A stretch of DNA of 64,000 nucleotides from Patescibacteria group bacterium (GCA_041662965.1 JBAZRI010000001.1:163680-227679), one strand, 5' to 3'. Positions 41,832 to 50,254 are shown, counted from the stretch's first letter. Translations and numbers: made by a program. The notes: generated from the sequence alone by a model not told the origin.

Positions 41832-43340
41832 TTATTTTTTTAATATCTCCTTCAATATCTCAATTAATAGTTTGGGGTTGGCTTTACCGCGCGTGGCGGC
41901 CATAACCTGGCCGACCAGAAACTGTAAGACATTGGTTTTTCCGGCCTTGTACTCGCCGGCTTGCTTCTGGTTTTTAAATAACACTTCGGCGATGATTTTT
42001 TCCAAAGCTTCCCGGTCGTCAAGTTGCTCCAGGCCTAAATCCGCCATTATCTCTGACGGGTCGCCGCCGTTTTTATACATTTTAGCTAAAATGGTTTGGG
42101 CGGCCGAAGAATTGATTTTATCCTGATAGACCAGGCAAATGAATTCGGCGAAATTTTCCGGCGTGATTTTATTGTCTTTAATGCTTAGATTATCATTTTT
42201 TAAATGTTTAAACAGCTCGTTAATCAGCCAGTTGGCCGCGGCTTTGGCTAATTTATGCTTTTGCCTTTCCCAGTCATCGCCCGAAGATTTAATCCAGGCG
42301 CGCAGTTCGGAAATTACTTTTTCGGCGTAGCCGGCCAAAGCTTTGTCCGAAGCCAGGATTTCCGCTTCATAATCGGAAAAACAATATTCCTCTTTAAACC
42401 TTTTTATTTTTTGCGCCGGCAATTCGGCCATCTCGGCTTTTATTTTATCAATCCATTTTTGGCTGATTTTTAAAGGCGGAATATCCGGCTCGGGAAAATA
42501 GCGGTAATCAGCCGAGGTTTCTTTTATCCGCTGGCTGAAAGTTATGCCTTTGTCATTATTCCAGCCGCGCGTTTCCTGAATCAGCTTGCCGCCGTCCGTT
42601 AAAGCTTTAATTTGCCGCTTGATTTCGTAATCAACGGCTTTTTCCATGTACTTAAAAGAATTTATATTTTTCAGCTCAACCTTGGGATTTAATTTATAAT
42701 CGCCGATGGGCATGATTTGCCCGTTGGTATATTTCCATTTGCCTTTTGCCTGCAGGCTGATATTGGCCTCGCATCTCATCTCGCCTTTTTCCATATCGGC
42801 GTTAGAGATATTCAGGAATCTTAAAATTTGCTGATAGCTTTGGGCGAATTTTTTAGCCGTGGCCGCGTCTTTTATAACCGGCTCGGTAACTAATTCAATC
42901 AAAGGCGTGCCGGCGCGGTTGTAATCCACTAAAGAATATTTTTTTCCGGCCGGATGGATTAATTTGCCCGTGTCTTCTTCAAGATGGATTCTGGTCACTA
43001 AAACCGGCTTATCGTCAACTTCCAAAAAGCCGTCGTAAGCGATCGGCAAATCATATTGGGAGATTTGGTAGCCTTTGGGCAGGTCGGGATAAAAATAGTT
43101 TTTGCGGTCAAACTTGGAAAGTTTATTGATTTTGCAATTTAAAGCCAGGCCGATTAAAATAGTCCATTCAATGGCTTGCTTATTAGGCAGAGGCAGAGTG
43201 CCGGGATGCGCTAGGCAGATCGGGCAGACGGTCGTATTGGGCTTTTTGTTCTGCGCGTCGTTATCGCACGAGCAGAACATTTTTGATTTGGTTTTTAGCT
43301 CGGCGTGTATTTCCAGGCCGATAATGACGTCGTATTCCAT
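41832..43340 (-). CDS. gatB: Asp/Glu-tRNA amidotransferase subunit B
   Basis: IGLEIHAEL, the zinc site CPICLAHPGTLP, and a C-terminal YqeY-like tail. Confidence 0.95.
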   Translation of the reverse strand: MEYDVIIGLEIHAELKTKSKMFCSCDNDAQNKKPNTTVCPICLAHPGTLPLPNKQAIEWTILIGLALNCKINKLSKFDRKNYFYPDLPKGYQISQYDLPIAYDGFLEVDDKPVLVTRIHLEEDTGKLIHPAGKKYSLVDYNRAGTPLIELVTEPVIKDAATAKKFAQSYQQILRFLNISNADMEKGEMRCEANISLQAKGKWKYTNGQIMPIGDYKLNPKVELKNINSFKYMEKAVDYEIKRQIKALTDGGKLIQETRGWNNDKGITFSQRIKETSADYRYFPEPDIPPLKISQKWIDKIKAEMAELPAQKIKRFKEEYCFSDYEAEILASDKALAGYAEKVISELRAWIKSSGDDWERQKHKLAKAAANWLINELFKHLKNDNLSIKDNKITPENFAEFICLVYQDKINSSAAQTILAKMYKNGGDPSEIMADLGLEQLDDREALEKIIAEVLFKNQKQAGEYKAGKTNVLQFLVGQVMAATRGKANPKLLIEILKEILKK

Positions 43341-43346
43341 ATTTAA

Positions 43347-43982
43347 TTATTTCCATTCTTTAATAAATTGTTTGATAAATAATTTAGTAAATAAATATTT
43401 ATCTTTAGCAATTTTTTTGGCGACTTTAGTGTTTAAATGTTTATAAGCCGACAATTCAAAATTTAAAGTATGTAAAACGCTGAAATTTCCCCCGAAAATA
43501 ATATGGGGGCTGAATTTAATATTTTTATTCCACATCGTTTTGTTATATTTTCCAGCCCAGATAAAATTTCTGCCAACGCCGATTGCTCCAAGAGATTCTA
43601 TCCTATCGGCATCTTGGAAAATTTTTATTTCTAATTCTTTTGGCTTATGTTTACAATGATTCTTAACCCAGCAGTAATTATCATGTTCTTTAATAATTTT
43701 TAAAACTATAGGTATATTATTTTTCGGAAATTTTATTTTAGTTAAAATTTTAAAGGCTAATTTAACCGATTCATGGCTGTGCTCATTATGAGTTTTATTT
43801 ATATAGCCGATATCATGGAGCAGGGCAGCGGCATATAAAATATCAAGATTAGCCTTTTTATAACTTTTAGAGATTATTTTGCAGATTTCATAAATCCTTA
43901 AGCCATGGTCTGCTCGATGAGCTACGTCCAAGTTATCTAATTCAGTTTTTGCTATAGTTAATAATTTTTTTCTCCAATCCAT
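43347..43982 (-). CDS. HD-domain phosphohydrolase
   Basis: H...HD pattern (AHRADHGLRI ... AALLHDIGY ... DADRIESLG). Confidence 0.75.
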   Translation of the reverse strand: MDWRKKLLTIAKTELDNLDVAHRADHGLRIYEICKIISKSYKKANLDILYAAALLHDIGYINKTHNEHSHESVKLAFKILTKIKFPKNNIPIVLKIIKEHDNYCWVKNHCKHKPKELEIKIFQDADRIESLGAIGVGRNFIWAGKYNKTMWNKNIKFSPHIIFGGNFSVLHTLNFELSAYKHLNTKVAKKIAKDKYLFTKLFIKQFIKEWK

Positions 43983-44043
43983 ACATATTGAATTTATATA
44001 GTAATTTTACCTAAATTATTAACAAAAGTAAAATGAAGAAAAA

Positions 44044-45219
44044 TTAAAACAGCCCCGAACTGCCAAAGCAGCCGTCTTTTCTGTCGGTTTCATCCGCGAC
44101 GCGCCCTTCAACTATTTCCGGCAATTCAATCTTTTGAATTAATAATTGGGCGATTTTCTGTCCGGGCGCGATGTGGAAAATATCTTGGCCTAAATTTATG
44201 AGCTCTACGGTAACTTCGCCTCTGAAGCCGGCGTCAATCACTCCGGCTAAAGAGTGGATGCCGTTTTTCGCCAATCCGCCTTTATCCCAGACTAAACCAA
44301 CAAACCCTTTAGGCAGGGCGATTTTTATTCCGGTTTTTATTATGGCGTATTTTCCCGGAGTTAAAGAATGATAGTCGGCCGAATATAAATCCAGCCCGGC
44401 GTCGTATTCGTAAGCGCGGGTCGGCAATTTAGCCCAGGAAGATATTTTTTCAACTTTAAGTTTTAAAATGTTTTCTTCGGCGCCGGTCGGCGATATGCTA
44501 TTGTGTAATTCTTTAAAGTTGGCCGAATAGGGCGCGGGTTTAAAAAGCCTGATAATTTTTTCCCAGATTAAATTGCTGATATCTTCGCGGCTTAGCATTC
44601 GCCCGTCGGCAACGCATTCAATCAAGGTAAAATTCGGGAAATTTTGCGCTATTTGCGAATAAGTTTGTTCGGCTTTTTTCAAGTGGTTAAGGTCGTTTTG
44701 GTGGATGTCGTTGGTTTTGCCGTTCCAGTCTTGCTTTAGCCTGCTTTGGGCCAGTTGCTGGGAAATCTCCGCGTCCACATGGAGGATGATATTTAAATCC
44801 GGCTTAGGGATATCAAAAATTTCATATTCAAGCTGATAGAGCCAATCAAAATAATGTTTTCTTTCCAGATCGTTAGAAATTTTACCCCCTTGGTGCCCCA
44901 TATTGGCCGTAACGTAGCGGTTGGAAATGACTATTTTGCCTTCGGCCAACCAGGTTTTTATTTTAAAGCTGGCGTCATAGCGGTCGCAAGCGTAAAAAAT
45001 AGAAGCCCGGTACGGCCCGACTTCTTCCGGACTGCCGTATTTTCCGGAAAGATATTCCTCAACCATGCCGGCAGATTTAGTGTTATATTGGGGAAAATCG
45101 GCGATAGCCACGTTAAAACCGGCCCGCCAGAGTTTTTCAGCTAAAAGCTGGGTTTGCGTGGCTTTGCCCGAGCCGTCGGTGCCGTCTATAACGATAAATT
45201 TTCCGCGTTGTTTTTCCAT
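44044..45219 (-). CDS. tmk: Thymidylate kinase - dUTPase fusion protein
   Basis: The N-terminal half has the Tmk P-loop IDGTDGSGKAT and the DRY motif (ACDRYD). The C-terminal ~140 aa is a trimeric dUTPase (YDAGLDLY, GVIDAGFRGEV, DGCFGSSG). Confidence 0.85.
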   Translation of the reverse strand: MEKQRGKFIVIDGTDGSGKATQTQLLAEKLWRAGFNVAIADFPQYNTKSAGMVEEYLSGKYGSPEEVGPYRASIFYACDRYDASFKIKTWLAEGKIVISNRYVTANMGHQGGKISNDLERKHYFDWLYQLEYEIFDIPKPDLNIILHVDAEISQQLAQSRLKQDWNGKTNDIHQNDLNHLKKAEQTYSQIAQNFPNFTLIECVADGRMLSREDISNLIWEKIIRLFKPAPYSANFKELHNSISPTGAEENILKLKVEKISSWAKLPTRAYEYDAGLDLYSADYHSLTPGKYAIIKTGIKIALPKGFVGLVWDKGGLAKNGIHSLAGVIDAGFRGEVTVELINLGQDIFHIAPGQKIAQLLIQKIELPEIVEGRVADETDRKDGCFGSSGLF

Positions 45220-45283
45220 GTTTTTAGATAAGAAAAGAGCGCTTTTTAAGCACTCCTCCTTTATTAAATATCCTGATTATAAT

Positions 45284-45838
45284 CTAGCTGTTTAAAATGA
45301 TTTGGTCAATCTGCTTGTATAAATCCTCCAGGCTGCCATTATTATTTATTTCCAGGTCGGCCTTAGCCATTACCATCGGAATTTCGGCGTCGGCTTCTTT
45401 ATTATGGTCTTCTAAAAATTGTTCAAAAGTTTTATCAGCGTCGTCGGGATTTTCTTTGCGTAAAACAATTCTTTGATATCTTATTTTCGGATCGGCCGCG
45501 ATGCGGACTAATTTAAAATTTCCCATTTCAGCTAAATATTTTATGTCCACCAGCCTTCTTACTCCGTCAACCGCGACAATTTTATTTTTATCATTGGCTA
45601 CGTCGCTGGCCATAACTTTAGCGATAATATCTTCGCCGAAATATTGCCTTAGAGCCGTAGAAATAAATTGCATATTTTCCCTGGCGTCCGGGATATAAAG
45701 CCGTTTCAGCACGTCTCTGAGCATGGTAGAAAACCGGTAGGGGCTGGCGCCATGTTTTTCTTTTAAATATTTAACTGTTGTTCCTTTGCCCGCGGCCAAT
45801 AGCCCGACGAAGCCGAGAATAATTTTTTTATTTTCCAT
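45284..45838 (-). CDS. P-loop nucleoside/deoxynucleoside monophosphate kinase-like protein
   Basis: Walker A GLLAAGKGT in a ~180-aa small-kinase architecture. Substrate unknown. Confidence 0.5.
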   Translation of the reverse strand: MENKKIILGFVGLLAAGKGTTVKYLKEKHGASPYRFSTMLRDVLKRLYIPDARENMQFISTALRQYFGEDIIAKVMASDVANDKNKIVAVDGVRRLVDIKYLAEMGNFKLVRIAADPKIRYQRIVLRKENPDDADKTFEQFLEDHNKEADAEIPMVMAKADLEINNNGSLEDLYKQIDQIILNS

Positions 45839-45840
45839 AA

Positions 45841-46350
45841 TTATTTATTTTTTAAAGCGTTTTTTATTAATTTGCCGCTGCCGCGGTTGCCTAGGAGATT
45901 ATAAAATTTTATCCGGTTAAGCTTTTTTATATCAATCCATTCGGCCATATCGGTATATTTTTTTTCATATTCATCAAAATTATCTTTTGATAATTTGCCG
46001 CCGGTTTTTTTAACTAAAAAATAAAATAATTGGCAATTCCAATATTTTTTTCTCATGGTTGAATGAAAAAGAGAGCTGCCGACGTAGATAATTTTACCCC
46101 GTTTAACTTTAAATCCGGTTTCTTCCCAAAATTCTCTTTTTAAAGTATCTTCAATGGTTTCATGAAGTTCGGCGCCACCACCGGGAAAGTCATAGCCGTC
46201 CCATTGTTTTGAAAGCAATATTTTATTTTTTTCTATTAAAATTCCGTAAATTGATGGGCGAAAAGTTAATTTTTTAGCATCTACTTTATATAGCTTGCCG
46301 TTTATGTCGCGGCAGACAACTATTTTTGTTTTATTTTTTGATTTTTTCAT
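45841..46350 (-). CDS. Nudix hydrolase
   Basis: Nudix box GGGAELHETIEDTLKREFWEETGF. Confidence 0.85.
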   Translation of the reverse strand: MKKSKNKTKIVVCRDINGKLYKVDAKKLTFRPSIYGILIEKNKILLSKQWDGYDFPGGGAELHETIEDTLKREFWEETGFKVKRGKIIYVGSSLFHSTMRKKYWNCQLFYFLVKKTGGKLSKDNFDEYEKKYTDMAEWIDIKKLNRIKFYNLLGNRGSGKLIKNALKNK

Positions 46351-46854
46351 TTAATATAATATTTTGTATTTTAGCATTATAGCGTTATCGTTTATTTTTT
46401 TTATTTCTTTTAGCTCTAAATTAATATTAAAATCTCCATTGAATAATCCCAGGCCGGCGCCGAAGATTTTCGGCTCAACCGTTAAAATTATTTCGCTGAT
46501 TAATTTTTTTTCTAGAAACAGGGTATTTAAAAAAGCGCCGCCGCCGAGCAAGGCCGAAGCATAGCCCATTTTTTCCAGTTCAGCTAAAACCGGCTCAATC
46601 TCGCCCGACACCCATTTTACTCCGGCCCGTTCCGGCGGATTTTTTTCTAAAGTAAAAACAACATTCAGCCGATCTTTAAGAGGCGAGGGGAAAGTGGCGA
46701 AGGTTTTTTCGCCCATCATAACCGCGCCGTGCTGTTTAGAAATTTCGGCGAACAGTTTTTTGTCTTCTTTGGACGTCCAATCGGGGAAGTGGCCGCTGGT
46801 TTTGGCGATTTTACCGTCGGCCGTTATGGCCATCATTAAGGTTACGGAAATCAT
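46351..46854 (-). CDS. Dihydrofolate reductase-family protein (RibD C-terminal-like)
   Basis: MAITADGKIA..., GEKTF and LLGGGAFLN are typical of the RibD_C/DHFR-like reductase fold. Confidence 0.6.
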   Translation of the reverse strand: MISVTLMMAITADGKIAKTSGHFPDWTSKEDKKLFAEISKQHGAVMMGEKTFATFPSPLKDRLNVVFTLEKNPPERAGVKWVSGEIEPVLAELEKMGYASALLGGGAFLNTLFLEKKLISEIILTVEPKIFGAGLGLFNGDFNINLELKEIKKINDNAIMLKYKILY

Positions 46855-47736
46855 TTATTTATTATAATTTTTTAAGAATAAATCCAATTGTTTAAGCAGG
46901 TCGTTTTCATCTTTGGCCTCGATTTGTTTTACGGCAGCCGGGTTACCACGCGCCATACGGCTGACTTTTTCTCCCTGATACCACCATAAGATAATATCAG
47001 AAGCTGTAATTCTGGCGATTTCTAATTCAGCGCCAACACCCAGGCTGGGTAAGCCGACATAAGCGATTATTAAATCCGCGCTGGCGACTTCATGATGATC
47101 TTTTTTCCAGACCGCCAGAGGCGAGACCCGGGGGTTTTTTATCGGATCAGTTCCACCAAGATGAGGCACATAAACATTAGAGCAAATTTTAGAGCAAATT
47201 GCGGCGATTTTTTGGTAAGTTTCCCTATGGGCCGAATTTGTTTCGTTGGTGAGCGCGCCGCTAATGTATATTTTTCCCACGGATGAGGAAAAATTAAATT
47301 TATTATAAGAATTTTTAACCAAATAAACATTTTTTATACGCGCTTTAATTATCGTGTCCCAGCAATTTTTACAGCACCACCAGTGACCGTATAAATATAA
47401 ATCTGCATCTTTACTATCTTGTCCGTTAGCTTTAGCGTTATTGGTTGAAGTTACTTCGCTGTGTCCAGTTTGTAAGCATACCTCTTTGCAATAATGATAG
47501 TCCTCTCCGGTTTTACTGCCATTTAAAACTCGCGGGCAAACTTCTATTTTTTTACCGGCATTACAGCCACGGCCGATAATTATTCCATTTTTTACTATAA
47601 CAGCGCCGGTAGGCTGTTTAGAACAGCCGGTAGTCTCGGCCATTTTTTTCGCTTCAATCATAAACTGATTATCTTCGGCGACGAATTGGATGACTTTACC
47701 TTCGGGGAGATAAGGATATTTTATTGGTTCGGTCAT
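46855..47736 (-). CDS. dCMP deaminase fused to a DNPH1/Rcl-like nucleoside 2-deoxyribosyltransferase-family domain
   Basis: The N-terminal half has the deaminase zinc motifs GHSE and WWCCKNC. The C-terminal half has IYISGAL and ADLIIAYVGLPSLGVGAELEIA, compared with human DNPH1 YFCGSI and ADVVVAEVTQPSLGVGYELGRA. Confidence 0.75.
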   Translation of the reverse strand: MTEPIKYPYLPEGKVIQFVAEDNQFMIEAKKMAETTGCSKQPTGAVIVKNGIIIGRGCNAGKKIEVCPRVLNGSKTGEDYHYCKEVCLQTGHSEVTSTNNAKANGQDSKDADLYLYGHWWCCKNCWDTIIKARIKNVYLVKNSYNKFNFSSSVGKIYISGALTNETNSAHRETYQKIAAICSKICSNVYVPHLGGTDPIKNPRVSPLAVWKKDHHEVASADLIIAYVGLPSLGVGAELEIARITASDIILWWYQGEKVSRMARGNPAAVKQIEAKDENDLLKQLDLFLKNYNK

Positions 47737-47740
47737 ATTT

Positions 47741-48403
47741 TTAAATTTTATATTTTTCTTTAAGCTGGTCTAACTGGCCTTGTTTGATTAAATCCATTTC
47801 TTCTTCGCTGTCGGAGCGGCTTTCTAAGCCGTAAGGTGTAGATTCAAAATATTTAGCGTCTTTTAAGCCGTGTTTTTTGGCGTCTTCATCGGAAATCGGA
47901 GATGATAGAGTCTGGAAAGTCAGATGAGAAATTCTTTCGCCCGGATATAATTTAATAATTTGCGTATCGGTATTGTTGACGATAGGGAAGGTAAGCGTGC
48001 CCTGGTATTTTACGTCAATCGTGCCATTAGCGATAAACAGGCCTCTCCTTAAAAGAGAGCTGCGGGCATTAAGCTGGGCCATGATTTGATCGTCTTTCAA
48101 AGTTATTTTTTCCAATGATGAAGCAATTATAAATTCTTTAGGCAACAGTTCAAAATATTGCCCGGGTTTTAATTTAACCAAGTCAAAATTATCTTGGGCC
48201 GATTCTTTAGCGTTAAAATAATCAAAGTTAATGGCAATCCGGCCGTTTTCGGAAAGTTTCCATTTTTTTGGTATATAAAAACTGTAGCCTAGGCGCAAGT
48301 CAACGGCATGAGGCTGGATTTGGTATTGGTCAAGCCGGGGGTCAAAAATGATTTTATTATTTTTTAAATAATCCAAAATTTCCTGTTTGCTAAGTAGCGA
48401 CAT
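47741..48403 (-). CDS. dcd: dCTP deaminase/dUTPase-superfamily protein lacking the deaminase Glu
   Basis: AVDLRLG, ARSSLLRRG and GTIDVKYQG follow the Dcd-family layout. The strand equivalent to E. coli IVLEF reads LTFPI. Confidence 0.75.
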   Translation of the reverse strand: MSLLSKQEILDYLKNNKIIFDPRLDQYQIQPHAVDLRLGYSFYIPKKWKLSENGRIAINFDYFNAKESAQDNFDLVKLKPGQYFELLPKEFIIASSLEKITLKDDQIMAQLNARSSLLRRGLFIANGTIDVKYQGTLTFPIVNNTDTQIIKLYPGERISHLTFQTLSSPISDEDAKKHGLKDAKYFESTPYGLESRSDSEEEMDLIKQGQLDQLKEKYKI

Positions 48404-48419
48404 ATTTTTAAATTAAGAT

Positions 48420-49250
48420 TTAAAGCACGATTTTTAAACCCTGAATCGGCGGCAACGGTTGGTATTGAGCGGTTAATTTACCGACAATTTCTTCAACTAA
48501 AGAATCATCGGCTTTTTCCGCCCGCTCAAACCAATTTTCTTGAGGCTCAAGCGAAATTTTCGGATGCTGGTTATCCCGTTCCAATATTTCCCAGGCGGCT
48601 TTATAATGAATATCATATATGTGGGCGTTGCTGATGGAGTGGGTTAGCCGGCCCGGCTTAACGCCAAGTTTAGCCGCCAGAATGTATTGCAGTAAAGCAA
48701 AACCGGCTACGTCATGCGGACAACCTAATATCATGTCGTTGGAGCGGACGATGGAATGAATATGCAATCGGTTGCCTATAATATTGACGGTAAACGTGTA
48801 AGGACAGGGGACATTTTTCTTTTTGTTGCCCGAGCCTAGGCCGTCGTCGGACGGATCCCAAGTGATAATTACGGCATGGCGGGAACCAGGCTGCTCTTGC
48901 AAATGCTTAATTAAGGAATCAATTTGGTCGCGGCCGAAATGTTTACGCCATCTATAGCCGTAAGCCGCGGCCACCGTGCCGTCTTCTTCGGTAAAATCAT
49001 CCCAAATTTTAGTATATTTTTTTAAAAATTCATCCGGACGATTGGAACCTGTTAAAAACCAAATTTGTTCGGCTACAAAAATTTTTATGGGTATTTTTCT
49101 TAAGGTTAAGAGGGGAAAACCATCATCTAAATGCAAAGTAATGCCCGGGACGATTTTTGTTTTATGGCCGGTTCTTTCGTTATATTCTTCATAGCCGTTA
49201 TTCATTATTTCCCAAATAGCTTCCTTATATTTTTGGTCAAATTGAGTCAT
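48420..49250 (-). CDS. thyA: Thymidylate synthase (ThyA) family enzyme with Asp at the Asn177-equivalent position
   Basis: NERTGHKT, DGFPLLTLRK, EQIWFL, YGYRWR, catalytic Cys in VPCPY, VRSNDMILGCPHDVAGFALL, and SNAHIY. Confidence 0.8.
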   Translation of the reverse strand: MTQFDQKYKEAIWEIMNNGYEEYNERTGHKTKIVPGITLHLDDGFPLLTLRKIPIKIFVAEQIWFLTGSNRPDEFLKKYTKIWDDFTEEDGTVAAAYGYRWRKHFGRDQIDSLIKHLQEQPGSRHAVIITWDPSDDGLGSGNKKKNVPCPYTFTVNIIGNRLHIHSIVRSNDMILGCPHDVAGFALLQYILAAKLGVKPGRLTHSISNAHIYDIHYKAAWEILERDNQHPKISLEPQENWFERAEKADDSLVEEIVGKLTAQYQPLPPIQGLKIVL

Positions 49251-49373
49251 GGTTTTGTCTGTGAATAAGTATTAAGCGTTATTACATTTTACCAAATCAT
49301 TCAGAATAGGGCAAATTCACCCAGTTAAATAATTTTTTTAAGAAAATCAGCGCAAAGCGTTATTTAATGTAGT

Positions 49374-49405
49374 AAAAAAATACCCACCGTTTTTTGGTGG
49401 GTTTT
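49374..49405 (-). terminator. Intrinsic terminator of the 223-aa gene
   Basis: Stem cccacc / ggtggg, with a T-run on the minus strand. Confidence 0.75.
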
Positions 49406-49431
49406 GAAATTTAATAGTTTTTTAGAAAGGG

Positions 49432-50103
49432 CTAGCGGACAGCCGCGAGCCAAACTGCGCTGCCACCTTTATATTCGGGATCTGCTGGGCGGTAAGCTTT
49501 AATTTTTTTACCATCATGATATTCCCCGAACGAAATAAAACACAAACGACCATTGGCATCTTTCCAGAGAACATCAATGATGCGCGCTTTCTGAAAAATA
49601 GAAGGATTTTTTTTAAGTATGTCGACCACTTCGTAAGGATTGGCCCACCGTTTATAGCCACGGCTTTTAAGCTCAACTTCAGCTACGTTATAACGCAGGC
49701 TGACACCCTTATGGAAAAATTCAACAGGAATCTTGATTTTTTTATTTTTCGGCATAGTCGAAATCACATCATCATCGAATTCAATCTCCCAACCATTTTT
49801 CCTGAAAAAAGAGAACATTTTCTGCGCCGTTTGATTATAATTTGGTTTAGATAACCTTCTAAATACATTTTTAGCATCTTCTCGTAAGTCTTCAGCAACA
49901 TCTCTTAGCGGGAAATAAAGTAAGCTGTTTAGTAAGTACTTAGCACGCACCTCGTTATTGAGAATTAGCCGCGCGTCTTTATTGCTTAATCCTAAACATT
50001 TAGGGTTATTACGCAAAATACCGAAAATCATGTTTATTAATTTTGAAACTAGAGCCTGCTTGTCTGAAATTTTTAAATTTTTTCTTGCTCTTACTTCTGT
50101 CAT
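49432..50103 (-). CDS. Hypothetical 223-aa protein (standalone transcription unit)
   Basis: SD caggagga lies upstream, with its own promoter and terminator. No recognisable domain. Confidence 0.55.
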   Translation of the reverse strand: MTEVRARKNLKISDKQALVSKLINMIFGILRNNPKCLGLSNKDARLILNNEVRAKYLLNSLLYFPLRDVAEDLREDAKNVFRRLSKPNYNQTAQKMFSFFRKNGWEIEFDDDVISTMPKNKKIKIPVEFFHKGVSLRYNVAEVELKSRGYKRWANPYEVVDILKKNPSIFQKARIIDVLWKDANGRLCFISFGEYHDGKKIKAYRPADPEYKGGSAVWLAAVR

Positions 50104-50189
50104 GATATCCTCCTGTTAGTCAAATTTTTTTATAAAGAACAATTTTTCTGCGAAATGCAGATTAAGGTAATATTTACCAATAACATATT

Positions 50190-50218
50190 AGATTATCACG
50201 CGAAAGACCGCTTGTCAA
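50190..50218 (-). promoter_or_regulatory. Promoter of the 223-aa gene
   Basis: On the minus strand, TTGACA-17 nt-TAATCT with an upstream TG. Confidence 0.55.
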
Positions 50219-50222
50219 ACAT

Positions 50223-50254
50223 TAAAAAACACCCTGCAAAGGCAGGGTGTTTTT
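50223..50254 (-). terminator. Intrinsic terminator of the SPFH gene
   Basis: Stem caccctgc / gcagggtg, with a T-run on the minus strand. Confidence 0.75.

Noticed and set aside
43347-49250. The dNTP operon as an anti-phage dNTP-depletion defence system (dCTP deaminase or dGTPase type).
   Set aside because: The cluster contains biosynthetic partners (TS homologue, DHFR-like reductase, Tmk) and sits in a housekeeping context upstream of gatB. There is no kinase-deaminase fusion typical of the defence genes. A metabolic or modification role is more parsimonious.
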